64,000 bases of DNA from an uncultured candidatus Porisulfidus sp. (GCA_965215125.1 OZ244052.1:1472001-1536000), one strand, 5' to 3'; shown: positions 9,432-19,422, numbered from the stretch's first letter. Notes: a model not told the origin generated them from the sequence alone. Program-made: numbers and translations.

Positions 9432-9974
9432 ATGGCAACAGAAAATGTATCAAGCCCCGGCCAGCAATCGATAGACTTAAATAATTACGATGTCGGGGTT
9501 ACGCAAACTTCGAGTAATCATCAAATGAATATAGATCTGGCGGTTCAGTTGATATTTCTACAATACAACAAACTGATGAATTTACGCACGCAAGATAAAT
9601 TGGAGCAGGTCAAAGCCACCTTAGCCGAGATGAATGCGTGCCGTGAGATGTATAGTCAGATGAAAGCGTTGCAGCAGAAGGCCGGCGGGAAGGGCACTTC
9701 GACGATGCCTCAAGACATGTTGGATTTTCTAAATGCCCGAGGTATTAAACACGATACAACGGGTAATGATAATATACATAATCACGATGAGTGGGACGTA
9801 AATATGCAGTATCTTGATTCGTATATGCAAAAAATAAGTGGTCAGAATAAAACACAAATGCTGGAATTGAACCAATGTGTGGAAGACGGTAACAATGCAC
9901 TAAGAGAAGTCTCTACCGTATTTTCGAAGTATTCGGAGATACTTGAGTCCATCATTCAAACAATTAATAGATAA
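9432..9974 (+). CDS. T3SS tip/filament protein, EspA/SseB/Bsp22-like (copy 1)
   Basis: About 180 aa with N- and C-terminal coiled coils. The C-terminus (QNKTQMLELNQ...EILESIIQTINR) resembles Bsp22/SseB. Lies just before the translocon chaperone and SctE. Confidence 0.72.
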   Translation: MATENVSSPGQQSIDLNNYDVGVTQTSSNHQMNIDLAVQLIFLQYNKLMNLRTQDKLEQVKATLAEMNACREMYSQMKALQQKAGGKGTSTMPQDMLDFLNARGIKHDTTGNDNIHNHDEWDVNMQYLDSYMQKISGQNKTQMLELNQCVEDGNNALREVSTVFSKYSEILESIIQTINR

Positions 9975-10009
9975 ATGATACAAGTTTAATTATTAAACAG
10001 GAGGGAAAT

Positions 10010-10555
10010 ATGTCAACAGAAAATGTATCGGGACCCGGTCAGCAATCGGTAGACTTAAATAATTACGATGTCGGGGTTACGCAAACCTCGAGTAATCATC
10101 AAATGAATATAGATCTGGCGGTTCAGTTAATATTTCTACAATACAACAAACTGATGAATTTGCGTACCCAGGATAAATTGGGGCAGGTGAAAAACACCTT
10201 AGCCGAGATGAATGCGTGTCGTGAGATGTATAGTCGGATGAAAGCATTACAGCAGCAGGCCAAGACCAGTGGTAAGAATGTTGCGATGCCTCAAGACATG
10301 TTGGACTTTATCAACGCTCGCGGCGTTAAACACGATACAACCGATAACGATAACTTACATAACGCGGATCAGTGGGACGTAAATATGCAGTATCTTGATT
10401 CGTATATGCAAAAAATAAGTGGTCAGAATAAAACACAAATGTTGGAATTGAACCAATGTGTGGAAGACGGCAACAATGCACTCAGGGAAGTCTCTACCGT
10501 GTTTTCGAAGTATTCGGAGATACTTCAGTCTATCATTCAGACTATTAACAGATAA
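10010..10555 (+). CDS. T3SS tip/filament protein, EspA/SseB/Bsp22-like (copy 2)
   Basis: Near-identical tandem paralog of 9432..9974; differences are mainly in the central region. Confidence 0.72.
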   Translation: MSTENVSGPGQQSVDLNNYDVGVTQTSSNHQMNIDLAVQLIFLQYNKLMNLRTQDKLGQVKNTLAEMNACREMYSRMKALQQQAKTSGKNVAMPQDMLDFINARGVKHDTTDNDNLHNADQWDVNMQYLDSYMQKISGQNKTQMLELNQCVEDGNNALREVSTVFSKYSEILQSIIQTINR

Positions 10556-10582
10556 ATATTTTGCATCCGGGGGAGTAATTTT

Positions 10583-11059
10583 ATGGACAGCTTAAAAGCT
10601 GTAGAATCAATAACACAAATAATGTCGGATTATGCCGACAAAGTCTTACAGGGCAAAAAGACTGTTTATGAGGCTAGAGGCATAGATCAACAAGCAATGG
10701 ATAGTTTGTATATGGTTGCTCAGCGTTTCTATAAAAATGGAAAATACGAAGATGCAATGAGAATTTTCCGCCAGCTGTGTTTTTACGACCATAATAATAT
10801 TCATTACTGGCTCGGTTTAGGGTATAGCCAAAAGATGTTGAAAGACTACAGAGATGCGATGACCACTTTGAGTTTTGTACTAGCTTATCTCGACGATAGT
10901 GATAAAGATGCGGAGGTTTATCTACAACTTGCCGAGTGTTGCAGTTTCTTGGGTAGAAACGAAGAAGCCGAGGAATATGCTACCGAAGCAATGAAAAGCG
11001 ATGACCGGGCCATAAAAGATCACGCCGGCGTATTAATAGAAGCGGTTAATAATCGTTGA
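10583..11059 (+). CDS. Class II T3SS translocator chaperone (SycD/LcrH family, TPR)
   Basis: TPR pattern LY..A..FY..GKYEDA..IF..LC.YD....YWLGLG; adjacent to SctE. Confidence 0.88.
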   Translation: MDSLKAVESITQIMSDYADKVLQGKKTVYEARGIDQQAMDSLYMVAQRFYKNGKYEDAMRIFRQLCFYDHNNIHYWLGLGYSQKMLKDYRDAMTTLSFVLAYLDDSDKDAEVYLQLAECCSFLGRNEEAEEYATEAMKSDDRAIKDHAGVLIEAVNNR

Positions 11060-11081
11060 ATTACCTAAGGAGGAAATAGAT

Positions 11082-12392
11082 ATGGCAAATGATGATATTG
11101 GTTTGAATACGGCAACTGCGCCTTCGGTACGGGGCACTCCATCATCCGGCACTGCGACGGTATCTTCGGTATCGCATTCTAAGAGTCCACGGGTAGATGC
11201 AGGTGCTACCGGTGCCGGCCCGGTATACGGTGGTCAAACGACTAACGACGGACCGGTTCTTACTTTGCCGAAAACGATGGCAGCGAGTGTGATGACTGCA
11301 TTGTTGATGTCGTTGCAGCAGAAAGTGTCGTCGGAGCGTATAAAAGATGCCAAAGAGGAGATAAAAGCACAAACCGCAGATGCACAGCAAAAGGATCAAA
11401 AAAGAATAGACGACATAGAAAAAGCAATAAAGGCGAGAGAGAAAGCCAAGCATCATGGTCTACTAGGAAAGATATTCGGATGGGTTGGTGTTGCCTTGAC
11501 TTATGTTGCGGCGGCGGTTGTAACCGTAGCTTCGGGTGGGGCTGCAGCAGCACCCGTGCTTGCGGCAGCCGTATTGATGACCGGGTTGATGATCGCACAA
11601 GAAACAGGCGGTATGGATAAACTTGCAAAAGCTATGCACCTCGGTAAGAAGGCGGAAATGGGTTTGATGATAGGTTTGACTGCGGCAATTTTGGTCGTTA
11701 GCTTGGTAGGTGTGGTAGCGAGCGGTGGTAGTGCTGCCGTGGGCATGGTGTCTTCAATTGCGAGTGCGGTGTCGCGGGCGACTGCAACCGGTGCCGAAAT
11801 AGGTGCCAGTGCTGCGGACATGACGGCGGCGGGTTCGGAAACCGCAAGTGTCGTTGCCGACATTAGTGCCGAAGCCACCGAAGGTGCTTCGGAAAGCATC
11901 GAGATGAGTGCCGATGTCGGAGAGATTGCATCGTCGGCTTCCGATGCCGGTGATGCAGTAGAGGAAACGAGTTTTAGCGGGACCGAGGCCGATTCCGAAG
12001 TCAACGAGGCTAGTTCGGAGGCAAGCGAGGTAAGCGACGAGGCATCCGATAGCAGTAAAGCACAAGAAATAGCGGAAAAATCTGCGAGCAGAACGCAAAG
12101 AGTTGCGGCGCGAGTCGGAAATTTGGTCAATGTTGCATCGGCGGGTACTTCGGTCGGTAGCGGTATTGAAGGTATTCAAACGGCAGAGTCCGAACACGAC
12201 GCTTCAATGGCTGATGCGGATGCGACCGATCAACAAGCCTCTATAGCACAAATAGAGGCAATACAAGCTGCGGCGATTAGAAAGCTAAAAAAGATTCTTG
12301 AAGATATGCAAGCCAATGCAAGCACCATATTTTCTATCGCCTCTTCGGCGAACAAACTAACCGAAGAGATAACCAAGGGTTCTTCCGCCTGA
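11082..12392 (+). CDS. sctE: T3SS major hydrophobic translocator SctE (YopB/SseC/BopB family)
   Basis: Coiled coil followed by GLLGKIFGW and two hydrophobic segments (VASGGAAAAP), then a C-terminal coiled coil; flanked by SycD-type chaperones. Confidence 0.85.
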   Translation: MANDDIGLNTATAPSVRGTPSSGTATVSSVSHSKSPRVDAGATGAGPVYGGQTTNDGPVLTLPKTMAASVMTALLMSLQQKVSSERIKDAKEEIKAQTADAQQKDQKRIDDIEKAIKAREKAKHHGLLGKIFGWVGVALTYVAAAVVTVASGGAAAAPVLAAAVLMTGLMIAQETGGMDKLAKAMHLGKKAEMGLMIGLTAAILVVSLVGVVASGGSAAVGMVSSIASAVSRATATGAEIGASAADMTAAGSETASVVADISAEATEGASESIEMSADVGEIASSASDAGDAVEETSFSGTEADSEVNEASSEASEVSDEASDSSKAQEIAEKSASRTQRVAARVGNLVNVASAGTSVGSGIEGIQTAESEHDASMADADATDQQASIAQIEAIQAAAIRKLKKILEDMQANASTIFSIASSANKLTEEITKGSSA

Positions 12393-12421
12393 TTACCATA
12401 TAAACAACGGGGGGTATAAAA

Positions 12422-12946
12422 ATGAATAATTTGCATGCTAGGCTTGCGGAAATATCGGCACTGCCGGAAAGCGATGCTAAATGGCAAAAAATAGAGGACT
12501 TGGCAACAAATCTATTTGAAGAGGGCGTATCGCTCGGCACGATCAAAGGTTTTACGGTAGACGAAATAGAGGCTGCCTACCACATGGCTTACGGTCTTTA
12601 TCAGCAAAGGCGTTTCGATGAGGCGTTGAAATTATTTCAATATTTCGCTATACACGAGCATACCGACAGACGCTTTTGGATGGGGTGGGCTGCGTGCTTG
12701 CAAAAACTTAGAAAATACGAACCTGCAATCAAGGCATACAGTGTTGCGACTATGCTTGATATAGGGCAACCCGACGGGCCTTTCCACGCTGCCGAGTGTT
12801 ATATCGCAATGAAGGATTGGGATAACGCAAAACAATCTTTGGAAACGGTGCTAACCATTGCCGAAGGAGAAGATGCGCACGTAGCCTATGCCGAGCGTGC
12901 AGTTAATCTTATAGAACTAGTCAGTAATAATCAAAAGGAGGAATAA
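12422..12946 (+). CDS. Second SycD/LcrH family chaperone
   Basis: Motifs EIEAAYHMAYGLYQQ..FDEA..LF, RFWMG and PFHAAEC. Confidence 0.9.
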   Translation: MNNLHARLAEISALPESDAKWQKIEDLATNLFEEGVSLGTIKGFTVDEIEAAYHMAYGLYQQRRFDEALKLFQYFAIHEHTDRRFWMGWAACLQKLRKYEPAIKAYSVATMLDIGQPDGPFHAAECYIAMKDWDNAKQSLETVLTIAEGEDAHVAYAERAVNLIELVSNNQKEE

Positions 12947-12948
12947 TC

Positions 12949-13407
12949 ATGTCATACAGAGAAGACTTTAAGAACATACTCAAGCATTTCGGTGCCGGTA
13001 TCAACTTGCCTGATCTGAACTTGGACGAGGATAACCGATGTAACCTTTTCTTCGACGAAGTGCCGGTGAGTATAGAGGTCAGTCCCAATGAGCAATACGT
13101 TTATATGTATTCTTATTTAGGCGATGTGCCGCTAGCCAACTCCGAGAGTATGGGGAATAAATTACTGGAGGCTAATTACATATACGGAGAAACCGAAAGA
13201 TGTACATTGGGAATTCAGAATATTTCACGGAAGGTTGCATTGATCTGCAACGAGAGAATCAAGGGAATGGACTTGTCGGATTTTGAGCAATCTTTGGAGA
13301 ATTTTATCAATGTAGCGGAATATTGGATGAAAAGTCTAAGTGCCCCCGAAGCGCAAAGCGATAAAACTACCGACCAAGATGTAGATTCAAGTGTGATGAA
13401 AGTTTAA
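12949..13407 (+). CDS. Class I T3SS effector chaperone (CesT/SicP family)
   Basis: Acidic 152-aa protein with L.LDE.N.C.L.FD, LLEANY...T...TLG and LENFINVAEYW. Confidence 0.88.
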   Translation: MSYREDFKNILKHFGAGINLPDLNLDEDNRCNLFFDEVPVSIEVSPNEQYVYMYSYLGDVPLANSESMGNKLLEANYIYGETERCTLGIQNISRKVALICNERIKGMDLSDFEQSLENFINVAEYWMKSLSAPEAQSDKTTDQDVDSSVMKV

Positions 13408-13449
13408 TCTTTATCACAGCCGGAAATTAAACAATGAGGAGGGGGACTC

Positions 13450-13689
13450 ATGGCAAACGAGAAATTAGAATTTTCTCTGGAAGAGAAACTTAAAGCAGAT
13501 GATCAAGGAGAATTAAAGCAAAAAATACAAACTCGATTAAACGATGAGATTCTGGAGATAGACAAAACCTTGAGTAATGGTGTTGCTCCGGAGGAATACA
13601 CTTCGCTTAATCAAGTCAGGATAGGTTTGCAGAGTGCACTCGTAGTACTCGAAAAAGTTTGGCAGCAACTTCATAAAGACAAGGCTTAA
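13450..13689 (+). CDS. T3SS needle co-chaperone, YscE/EscE/SsaE family
   Basis: 79 aa with the pattern SLEEKL...G..PEEY..L......SA..VL, in T3SS context. Confidence 0.75.
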   Translation: MANEKLEFSLEEKLKADDQGELKQKIQTRLNDEILEIDKTLSNGVAPEEYTSLNQVRIGLQSALVVLEKVWQQLHKDKA

Positions 13690-13727
13690 ACAGCCATAAA
13701 TATTTGTCGGAGGAGGAGGGATGAAAA

Positions 13728-15866
13728 ATGCCGGTTGATATTAGCCACTACAGAAAGCTTGCGGATCAGAGCGGTAGCATAGAAACTGCCGGGAAAACCG
13801 TACATTTATCAAAGTCGGGACAATTAGTATTAGGCGGTAATAAATTTTTCGGCAGGGTAGTCTCTTGGTTCAAGGGTTTTAGAACACGGCAACATATCGC
13901 AACTCGAAATGATTTTATAGAGGCACTGAACACGCACTACGGTAAGTTTATAACATCTCAAGTAACTACTCAAGGCTGGGTACATCAACACTCAAAAAAA
14001 CCATTGACCACGCGCGAAGTTTTCATGGCATTTAGGAAGATTGATGACTTGGCATTGGAGAATAAGGAAAAAAATGAACAACTTGCCTCCCGTTACGACG
14101 GTGTGGGGATTGAAGATTATCAAACCGAGTCGGATTCTACAAACTACTTAAAATCTCAATTATCCAATACCTTAAGAGAAATGTTTCCAAACTCCCCATC
14201 GGGAGAAGATGCCGAAGAACTAGAAACATATATGGACATTGCCGATGTAGGAAGGAAAATAAAAAGTAAAATAATGGAAAAAGGCGATAACGGTAAATTT
14301 AGGGTCACCAAAAAGGAGGCGGACAACATTGCCAAGCAAGTTTCTCAAGATGAGGCTGTGAAAACCTATAAACACATAATGGCGAATCAGCATTTTATTT
14401 TCCGAGAGAATTCCTCTTCTCTGAGTCAAAGAACCGTCGACTATTTGAACGGTAGGATAGAAGCCGATCTTATGGCGGAAATGTATAAAGCGGGTGACGA
14501 AAATCCTAAATTTCCGAGTCGAGAGCGGGTTGCCGAAATAGCTCAAAGTACTCAAGACGAATTATCGAAATTCATAGATGCCGAAAAAATTGCTCGGTCT
14601 CTAAATATCCCCGACGGCGAATTAAGAACGGAAGTTATAACTTTTTTGGCAAAGAGTGAGCTATCTCTATCTCAAATAAAAACGGCATGGGAGACAGGGG
14701 TGCAGATGCAGCCACACTTCAAAACAATCGCCGATGCCAATTCAACCGAAGAGCAATTAGAGAAAGCAATCAACGAATACACTAATGCGGTTTCCGAGTT
14801 ACAGTCTAAAGACGATATTGAAGATATAAGTAGCGAACTTCGCACACAGCGTAGCACGCTCATGATGATGGCCCAGGGTGGAGATTGGCGCGCGACGATG
14901 GGAAAAATACACCAACAAATTACCGCACCGGGTGCTTTGAATTCTTATATCAGAGCATTGAACCATTACCGGCTATCTTTCCCTGAAAGCGATGCCTATA
15001 AGAGGCAGGAAGCAGAGCAACCGGATTTTTATAGACCCGGTTTGCGAAGAGCCGACACATTTTCTACATGGATGGAATCGTTGGGCTTTGCGTCTGCGGC
15101 GATGTTGGGCAAATCGGGTGGAGAGGCGGAAATCGTGGCTCGGAGCGCACCATTGGAATCATCGTCCGAGGTAGGAGATAGAACGCTTAATTTGATGCGA
15201 AACACCGGCATTAAAATGCCAACCCCGGACCGCATAGGGCAGAGTGGAAGCGGAACTTTTTGTGATGCAGCAATTAAATATGTAGAGGATCAGCTGTCCG
15301 ATGGCAAGACAGGTCCTTTGGAAGAAAATGATATTTCCGAACAGTGCCTATTAGATATAGGTGTTCGCATACCCGCTTATTTTAACGGGGTGCCGGCATC
15401 GAGTGAAAAGGCGGAAGTGGTAGAGCAACTTAAAGAGTTTTGTGCTACCGACGGAAAGTTAAACAAAGACATGTTGTTCGCTATCTCGCAGTTTCATCAA
15501 GGTTCGATCGGGGCTGTGTTTAAGGTTTTCCAGAGAGAACAGATAGCACCGGTGCATGGTCAGTTTATAGCTTCCCTAGATGACAGTAAAACTACATTTT
15601 ATTTTAATAAAAATAAAGATGGTTCCGTCTCTGTAAGAATAACATTTGAAAGGAATAAGCCGTTATTCTTTGTATCGCAATATGATACTCTTTCTCATAA
15701 AGCTCAAGTTCGTCAAATAAATTTGGATAGGGATGCGAGTGGACTTGGATTAGATATGGAATTCCTATTAACACCCGAACAATTTAGTGCCGATAGAGAT
15801 AAATTCCCTCCACCCAAGGTTACAAATCTAACTTACCGCTATAGCTTATATGAGAATAAAGAGTGA
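13728..15866 (+). CDS. Putative T3SS effector
   Basis: N-terminal RVVSW...FIEALNTHYG...KPLTTR resembles the SptP SicP-binding domain. Lies close to a class I chaperone gene. Confidence 0.65.
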   Translation: MPVDISHYRKLADQSGSIETAGKTVHLSKSGQLVLGGNKFFGRVVSWFKGFRTRQHIATRNDFIEALNTHYGKFITSQVTTQGWVHQHSKKPLTTREVFMAFRKIDDLALENKEKNEQLASRYDGVGIEDYQTESDSTNYLKSQLSNTLREMFPNSPSGEDAEELETYMDIADVGRKIKSKIMEKGDNGKFRVTKKEADNIAKQVSQDEAVKTYKHIMANQHFIFRENSSSLSQRTVDYLNGRIEADLMAEMYKAGDENPKFPSRERVAEIAQSTQDELSKFIDAEKIARSLNIPDGELRTEVITFLAKSELSLSQIKTAWETGVQMQPHFKTIADANSTEEQLEKAINEYTNAVSELQSKDDIEDISSELRTQRSTLMMMAQGGDWRATMGKIHQQITAPGALNSYIRALNHYRLSFPESDAYKRQEAEQPDFYRPGLRRADTFSTWMESLGFASAAMLGKSGGEAEIVARSAPLESSSEVGDRTLNLMRNTGIKMPTPDRIGQSGSGTFCDAAIKYVEDQLSDGKTGPLEENDISEQCLLDIGVRIPAYFNGVPASSEKAEVVEQLKEFCATDGKLNKDMLFAISQFHQGSIGAVFKVFQREQIAPVHGQFIASLDDSKTTFYFNKNKDGSVSVRITFERNKPLFFVSQYDTLSHKAQVRQINLDRDASGLGLDMEFLLTPEQFSADRDKFPPPKVTNLTYRYSLYENKE

Positions 15867-15886
15867 GGGAAGGAAATTGATATGTC

Positions 15887-17638
15887 ATGAGGATATCTAT
15901 ATTTGCGCTTTTGCTCCTCGCTATAAGCCCCGCACATCCGCAATCCTCACAACCCGATTGGGTTGATTCTCGCTACGGGTATTTTGCTCAAGACAAAGCA
16001 CTGCAGGAAGTCATCTCCGATTTTGCTGCGGAATTAAAATTACCGGTGATAATCAGCCCTGCTGTTACCGGTGTAGTCAACGGTGATTTCGCGACCATGA
16101 AAGCGATAGACTTTTTGTCTACGCTCGCACGCGTCTACCGCTTGATGTGGTTTTACGATGGTACCGTTCTACACATCTACAGCACTAGGGAGGTTAGAGA
16201 AGAGATTATCCCGCTGGCTGCCGATCGGATGACCGATATTGAAACCGTATTTAAGGAACTCAAGGTGATAGGAACGCACTACTACTGGAAGACTATTCCT
16301 AACCGCAATCGTGTCGAACTATCCGGACCACCTAGATTTATAGAACTAGTGGAATCGGTGATAGGTTCCGCCGAAGAGAAGCCATCGGACATCATTAGCA
16401 CTTTGCCACCTTTGGATAACCATGTGGTGAAGATATTCAAACTTAAATATATTTATGCATCCGGTGATAGTCGGCAAAAGACGCTTGATATCGCACAACT
16501 ACTCGGTCGTATCATGAATGTAGGCTATTATGTAACCGAAGGCGGCAGCGATGCGGTTAAAAAGCCGCATGACATTCAAAAACTACTGGGTAGTGGTTTG
16601 TCTCCCAGCTACGGAGAAAATGCCGATGGCGATAAAGAAAAATCCTCGCCTCAGCCGCAAAGCCCGCCCGCCCCGACTTCAAAGTCCGATGGCGCATATA
16701 TCATTGTAGACACTAGATTGAATATGGTCATCGTACGAGATCAACCCAAACGTATACCCTTATACGAAGCGTTGATAGATCAACTGGATAAACCGCTCGA
16801 TCAAATAGAAATAGAAGTTCTCATTTTAGATATCAACGACGATGCGACAAACACCTTGGGTATAGAATGGAATTACGAGTCCGGAGATTTTGCCTATTCT
16901 CAAGGTGGGATTTCAATCACCGAGATGAGCGCAGCGCAAAGTCGTCAATTTAGAATCCAGTTGGAAGCTCTAGAGACACAAGGGAAAGCAAACATATCTG
17001 CCCGTCCCTCGGTGTTGACTTTGGATAACCACGAAGCCGAGTTTTCTAATCAGCAGACTTTTTATGTAAAGTTAGGCGCACAAAGTGCGGAAAGTCAAGC
17101 GGTGGATTTAGTGCCCATCACTTACGGGGCTACGCTCAAGGTTAAACCTCATGTCATCTATCGCGATAAAGAGTCGCATCAAATACTTTTGACTCTGGAT
17201 ATACAAGACGGGAGACAATCACCCGACGACCAAAGGATTGACGGTGTGCCTGCCATTACCAACAGCACCATTAAAACCCAGGCGATGGTCAGCAACGGTA
17301 AAAGCCTGCTTATCGGGGGTTATAAGGTTAATCATGAATCGGCAGGCTATAGAGGTGTGCCGGTATTGGGCTATTTACCGATTGTCGGATTATTATTTAG
17401 AGTTCGGAACACGGTGAATTTGGATACCCGTCGCTACTTTTTGATTAGCCCTAAGCTGGTTGACTCGGAAGTGGTCTTTAAGTCCGATGTAGACGCAGCG
17501 GAGATATTAAGTCGCGACGATAAAAGTTATGAGGATAGATATCACCGGCAGCCGAAGCAGCAAGAAACACCTCGCTCGAATAATCAACCACCGCAAAACC
17601 CGAATTCGTATGAGCGAACCCATTCAGGACCGCCTTGA
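15887..17638 (+). CDS. sctC: T3SS outer-membrane secretin SctC (YscC/HrcC)
   Basis: Signal peptide; motifs WFYDG..L.IY, SGPPRF, ARPSVLTLDN.EA, TFYV, SLLIGGY and RYFLISP. Confidence 0.93.
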   Translation: MRISIFALLLLAISPAHPQSSQPDWVDSRYGYFAQDKALQEVISDFAAELKLPVIISPAVTGVVNGDFATMKAIDFLSTLARVYRLMWFYDGTVLHIYSTREVREEIIPLAADRMTDIETVFKELKVIGTHYYWKTIPNRNRVELSGPPRFIELVESVIGSAEEKPSDIISTLPPLDNHVVKIFKLKYIYASGDSRQKTLDIAQLLGRIMNVGYYVTEGGSDAVKKPHDIQKLLGSGLSPSYGENADGDKEKSSPQPQSPPAPTSKSDGAYIIVDTRLNMVIVRDQPKRIPLYEALIDQLDKPLDQIEIEVLILDINDDATNTLGIEWNYESGDFAYSQGGISITEMSAAQSRQFRIQLEALETQGKANISARPSVLTLDNHEAEFSNQQTFYVKLGAQSAESQAVDLVPITYGATLKVKPHVIYRDKESHQILLTLDIQDGRQSPDDQRIDGVPAITNSTIKTQAMVSNGKSLLIGGYKVNHESAGYRGVPVLGYLPIVGLLFRVRNTVNLDTRRYFLISPKLVDSEVVFKSDVDAAEILSRDDKSYEDRYHRQPKQQETPRSNNQPPQNPNSYERTHSGPP

Positions 17639-17647
17639 TAGCCCTTT

Positions 17648-19054
17648 TTGATGACCGATAGCGTAGAGATGAATGGAGACAAAGGCTGGGTTTTGAAGAT
17701 TTTAACCGGGCCGCATGTAGGTTCCGAAGCAGCATTATCATCCGGCGTTTATCTATTGGGCAGAGGTGAGAATTGCGATATTATTCTGCACGATACCAGC
17801 TTGGCAGAGCAACATTTTCAACTAAAATTGGATGCCGACAAAATCGGTTTAAGTATTCTTCCCGAAGATCATCCGTGTTATGTAGACGGCGAGGAGATAG
17901 ACTCCAATTCGGTTGAAATCAAGCCCTATCAAGTTATTTCTACAGGCACTTTTTTCTTCACTCTGGGTTCTGCGCAAGAAGCATGGCCGCCTATAGAATT
18001 GTTGGGCGTAGGACGAAACTTTAAGCAAGCCGAAGATAAGGCAACGGAAGAGAGGCCGCAAAACGACAACCCACGGCCATCCTCGTTATCGTCGGTTGTC
18101 TCCATTTCGGCGACATGGAGACAGCTGTGGCGCAACGACCGCCCGGCCAATCGCATTTATTTATCGGTGAGTATCGCCTTGATCGGCATAGGGCTGAGTT
18201 TGCTATTTGTTGTCTTCACAACGGCGGATATCCCCGGAGAAAATTTAGAAACCCGAAGCGTAGAGATCAATCGGATTATAGAAGAATATGTTGTTGACGC
18301 AACGGTGCGTACCGTATCCCACGACGGTGAAGAGATGCTACATATACACGGCTATACCGACACCGACGCACGACGCGACGCTTTTATGGAAGCATTGGGT
18401 AAGGCCAAAATTACCGCACAAACACAAATATACTCTGCCGAACGATTGAAACTTGCGGTATCGGTTATATTAGGTCAACTCCTGAATCCCGAAACCGACA
18501 AGGTCGAAGTAAGCGGTGTGCCGGGTTTTCCGAGCACAGTCGTTTTGTCCGGTTATGTTGAACAAAGCGAGATGTGGAAACGCGCATTGGATGTGATTAA
18601 AAACGATGTGCAGGGCCTGCAAAACTACGATAGCCAAGTGCGGACTATAGACGATGCTATGCACGAACTCAACCGGATGTTAGCAGCTCAAGGACTCTCG
18701 GACAAAGTTGACATCAATATAGACGACCATACAATTTATTTAATCTGGCAAACATTAAGCGATGATGAACAGCGGCGGTTGGCGATACTGTCCAAAGAGT
18801 TTAGGAAGAAATTCGATAATCAACCGCGGTTAGCCGATGCAAAACAGGTGAAACCTAAAATCAATAAATTTGAACTTGATGTAGATATACAATCCGTCAG
18901 TTTCGGTAAATCACCCTATTTGGAAACACACGAAGGCAAACGCTATATTGTCGGAGCCGCCTTAGGCGAATATACTATAAAAGAAATCAACCGAGAGTTT
19001 ATCCTATTATCAAAAGACGGCGAGTTGGGACGTTACTACTTTAACCAGCAATAG
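17648..19054 (+). CDS. sctD: T3SS inner-membrane ring SctD (YscD/HrpQ, FHA domain)
   Basis: N-terminal FHA motif LKILTGPHVG...CDIIL.D, a single TM helix and periplasmic ring-building repeats. Confidence 0.9.
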   Translation: MMTDSVEMNGDKGWVLKILTGPHVGSEAALSSGVYLLGRGENCDIILHDTSLAEQHFQLKLDADKIGLSILPEDHPCYVDGEEIDSNSVEIKPYQVISTGTFFFTLGSAQEAWPPIELLGVGRNFKQAEDKATEERPQNDNPRPSSLSSVVSISATWRQLWRNDRPANRIYLSVSIALIGIGLSLLFVVFTTADIPGENLETRSVEINRIIEEYVVDATVRTVSHDGEEMLHIHGYTDTDARRDAFMEALGKAKITAQTQIYSAERLKLAVSVILGQLLNPETDKVEVSGVPGFPSTVVLSGYVEQSEMWKRALDVIKNDVQGLQNYDSQVRTIDDAMHELNRMLAAQGLSDKVDINIDDHTIYLIWQTLSDDEQRRLAILSKEFRKKFDNQPRLADAKQVKPKINKFELDVDIQSVSFGKSPYLETHEGKRYIVGAALGEYTIKEINREFILLSKDGELGRYYFNQQ

Positions 19055-19082
19055 AACCGCCTAACAAAGATGGCACTGTTCT

Positions 19083-19106
19083 ATTCCCCTCCTTCGGAGG
19101 GGTGGC
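19083..19106 (+). repeat. Left half of repeat module A
   Basis: ATTCCCCTCCTTCGGAGGGGTGGC. The matching right half GGGGTGGTC is at 19499-19507. Confidence 0.8.
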
Positions 19107-19188
19107 AATAGCATGAAAACTAACTTTGTAGATGGTAATAAAAATGGGGTAACGTCAGTAATTTACACACAGCAAAGGGAGATTAGAT

Positions 19189-19422
19189 ATGTCAGAAATA
19201 GCACTTTACAATGCACTAACGAAGCTAGGGTTAGACCATAACGAAGCAAAGGAAGCAGTTGCGGATATTGCCGGCACAAAGGAAGTGGCAACGAAGGTGG
19301 ATTTAGCAAACTTGGAGACAAGGCTAACGAATAGAATATATGCAGTGACCGGGGTGATAATCGGGGCAGTCGGATTGATGATAGCAGTTGCAGGATTGAT
19401 GATAAGGTTTTTTATGATGTGA
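19189..19422 (+). CDS. Small DUF1640/CCDC90-like protein with C-terminal TM helix
   Basis: VATKVDL motif, short coiled coil and TM tail. Paralog of 30384..30611. Confidence 0.8.
   Translation: MSEIALYNALTKLGLDHNEAKEAVADIAGTKEVATKVDLANLETRLTNRIYAVTGVIIGAVGLMIAVAGLMIRFFMM

Noticed and set aside
9432-10555. Filament paralogs as a DGR template/variable pair
   Set aside because: Differences include C/T and G/C changes and an indel, so they are not adenine-specific. Both are full ORFs, and there is no reverse transcriptase in the window.
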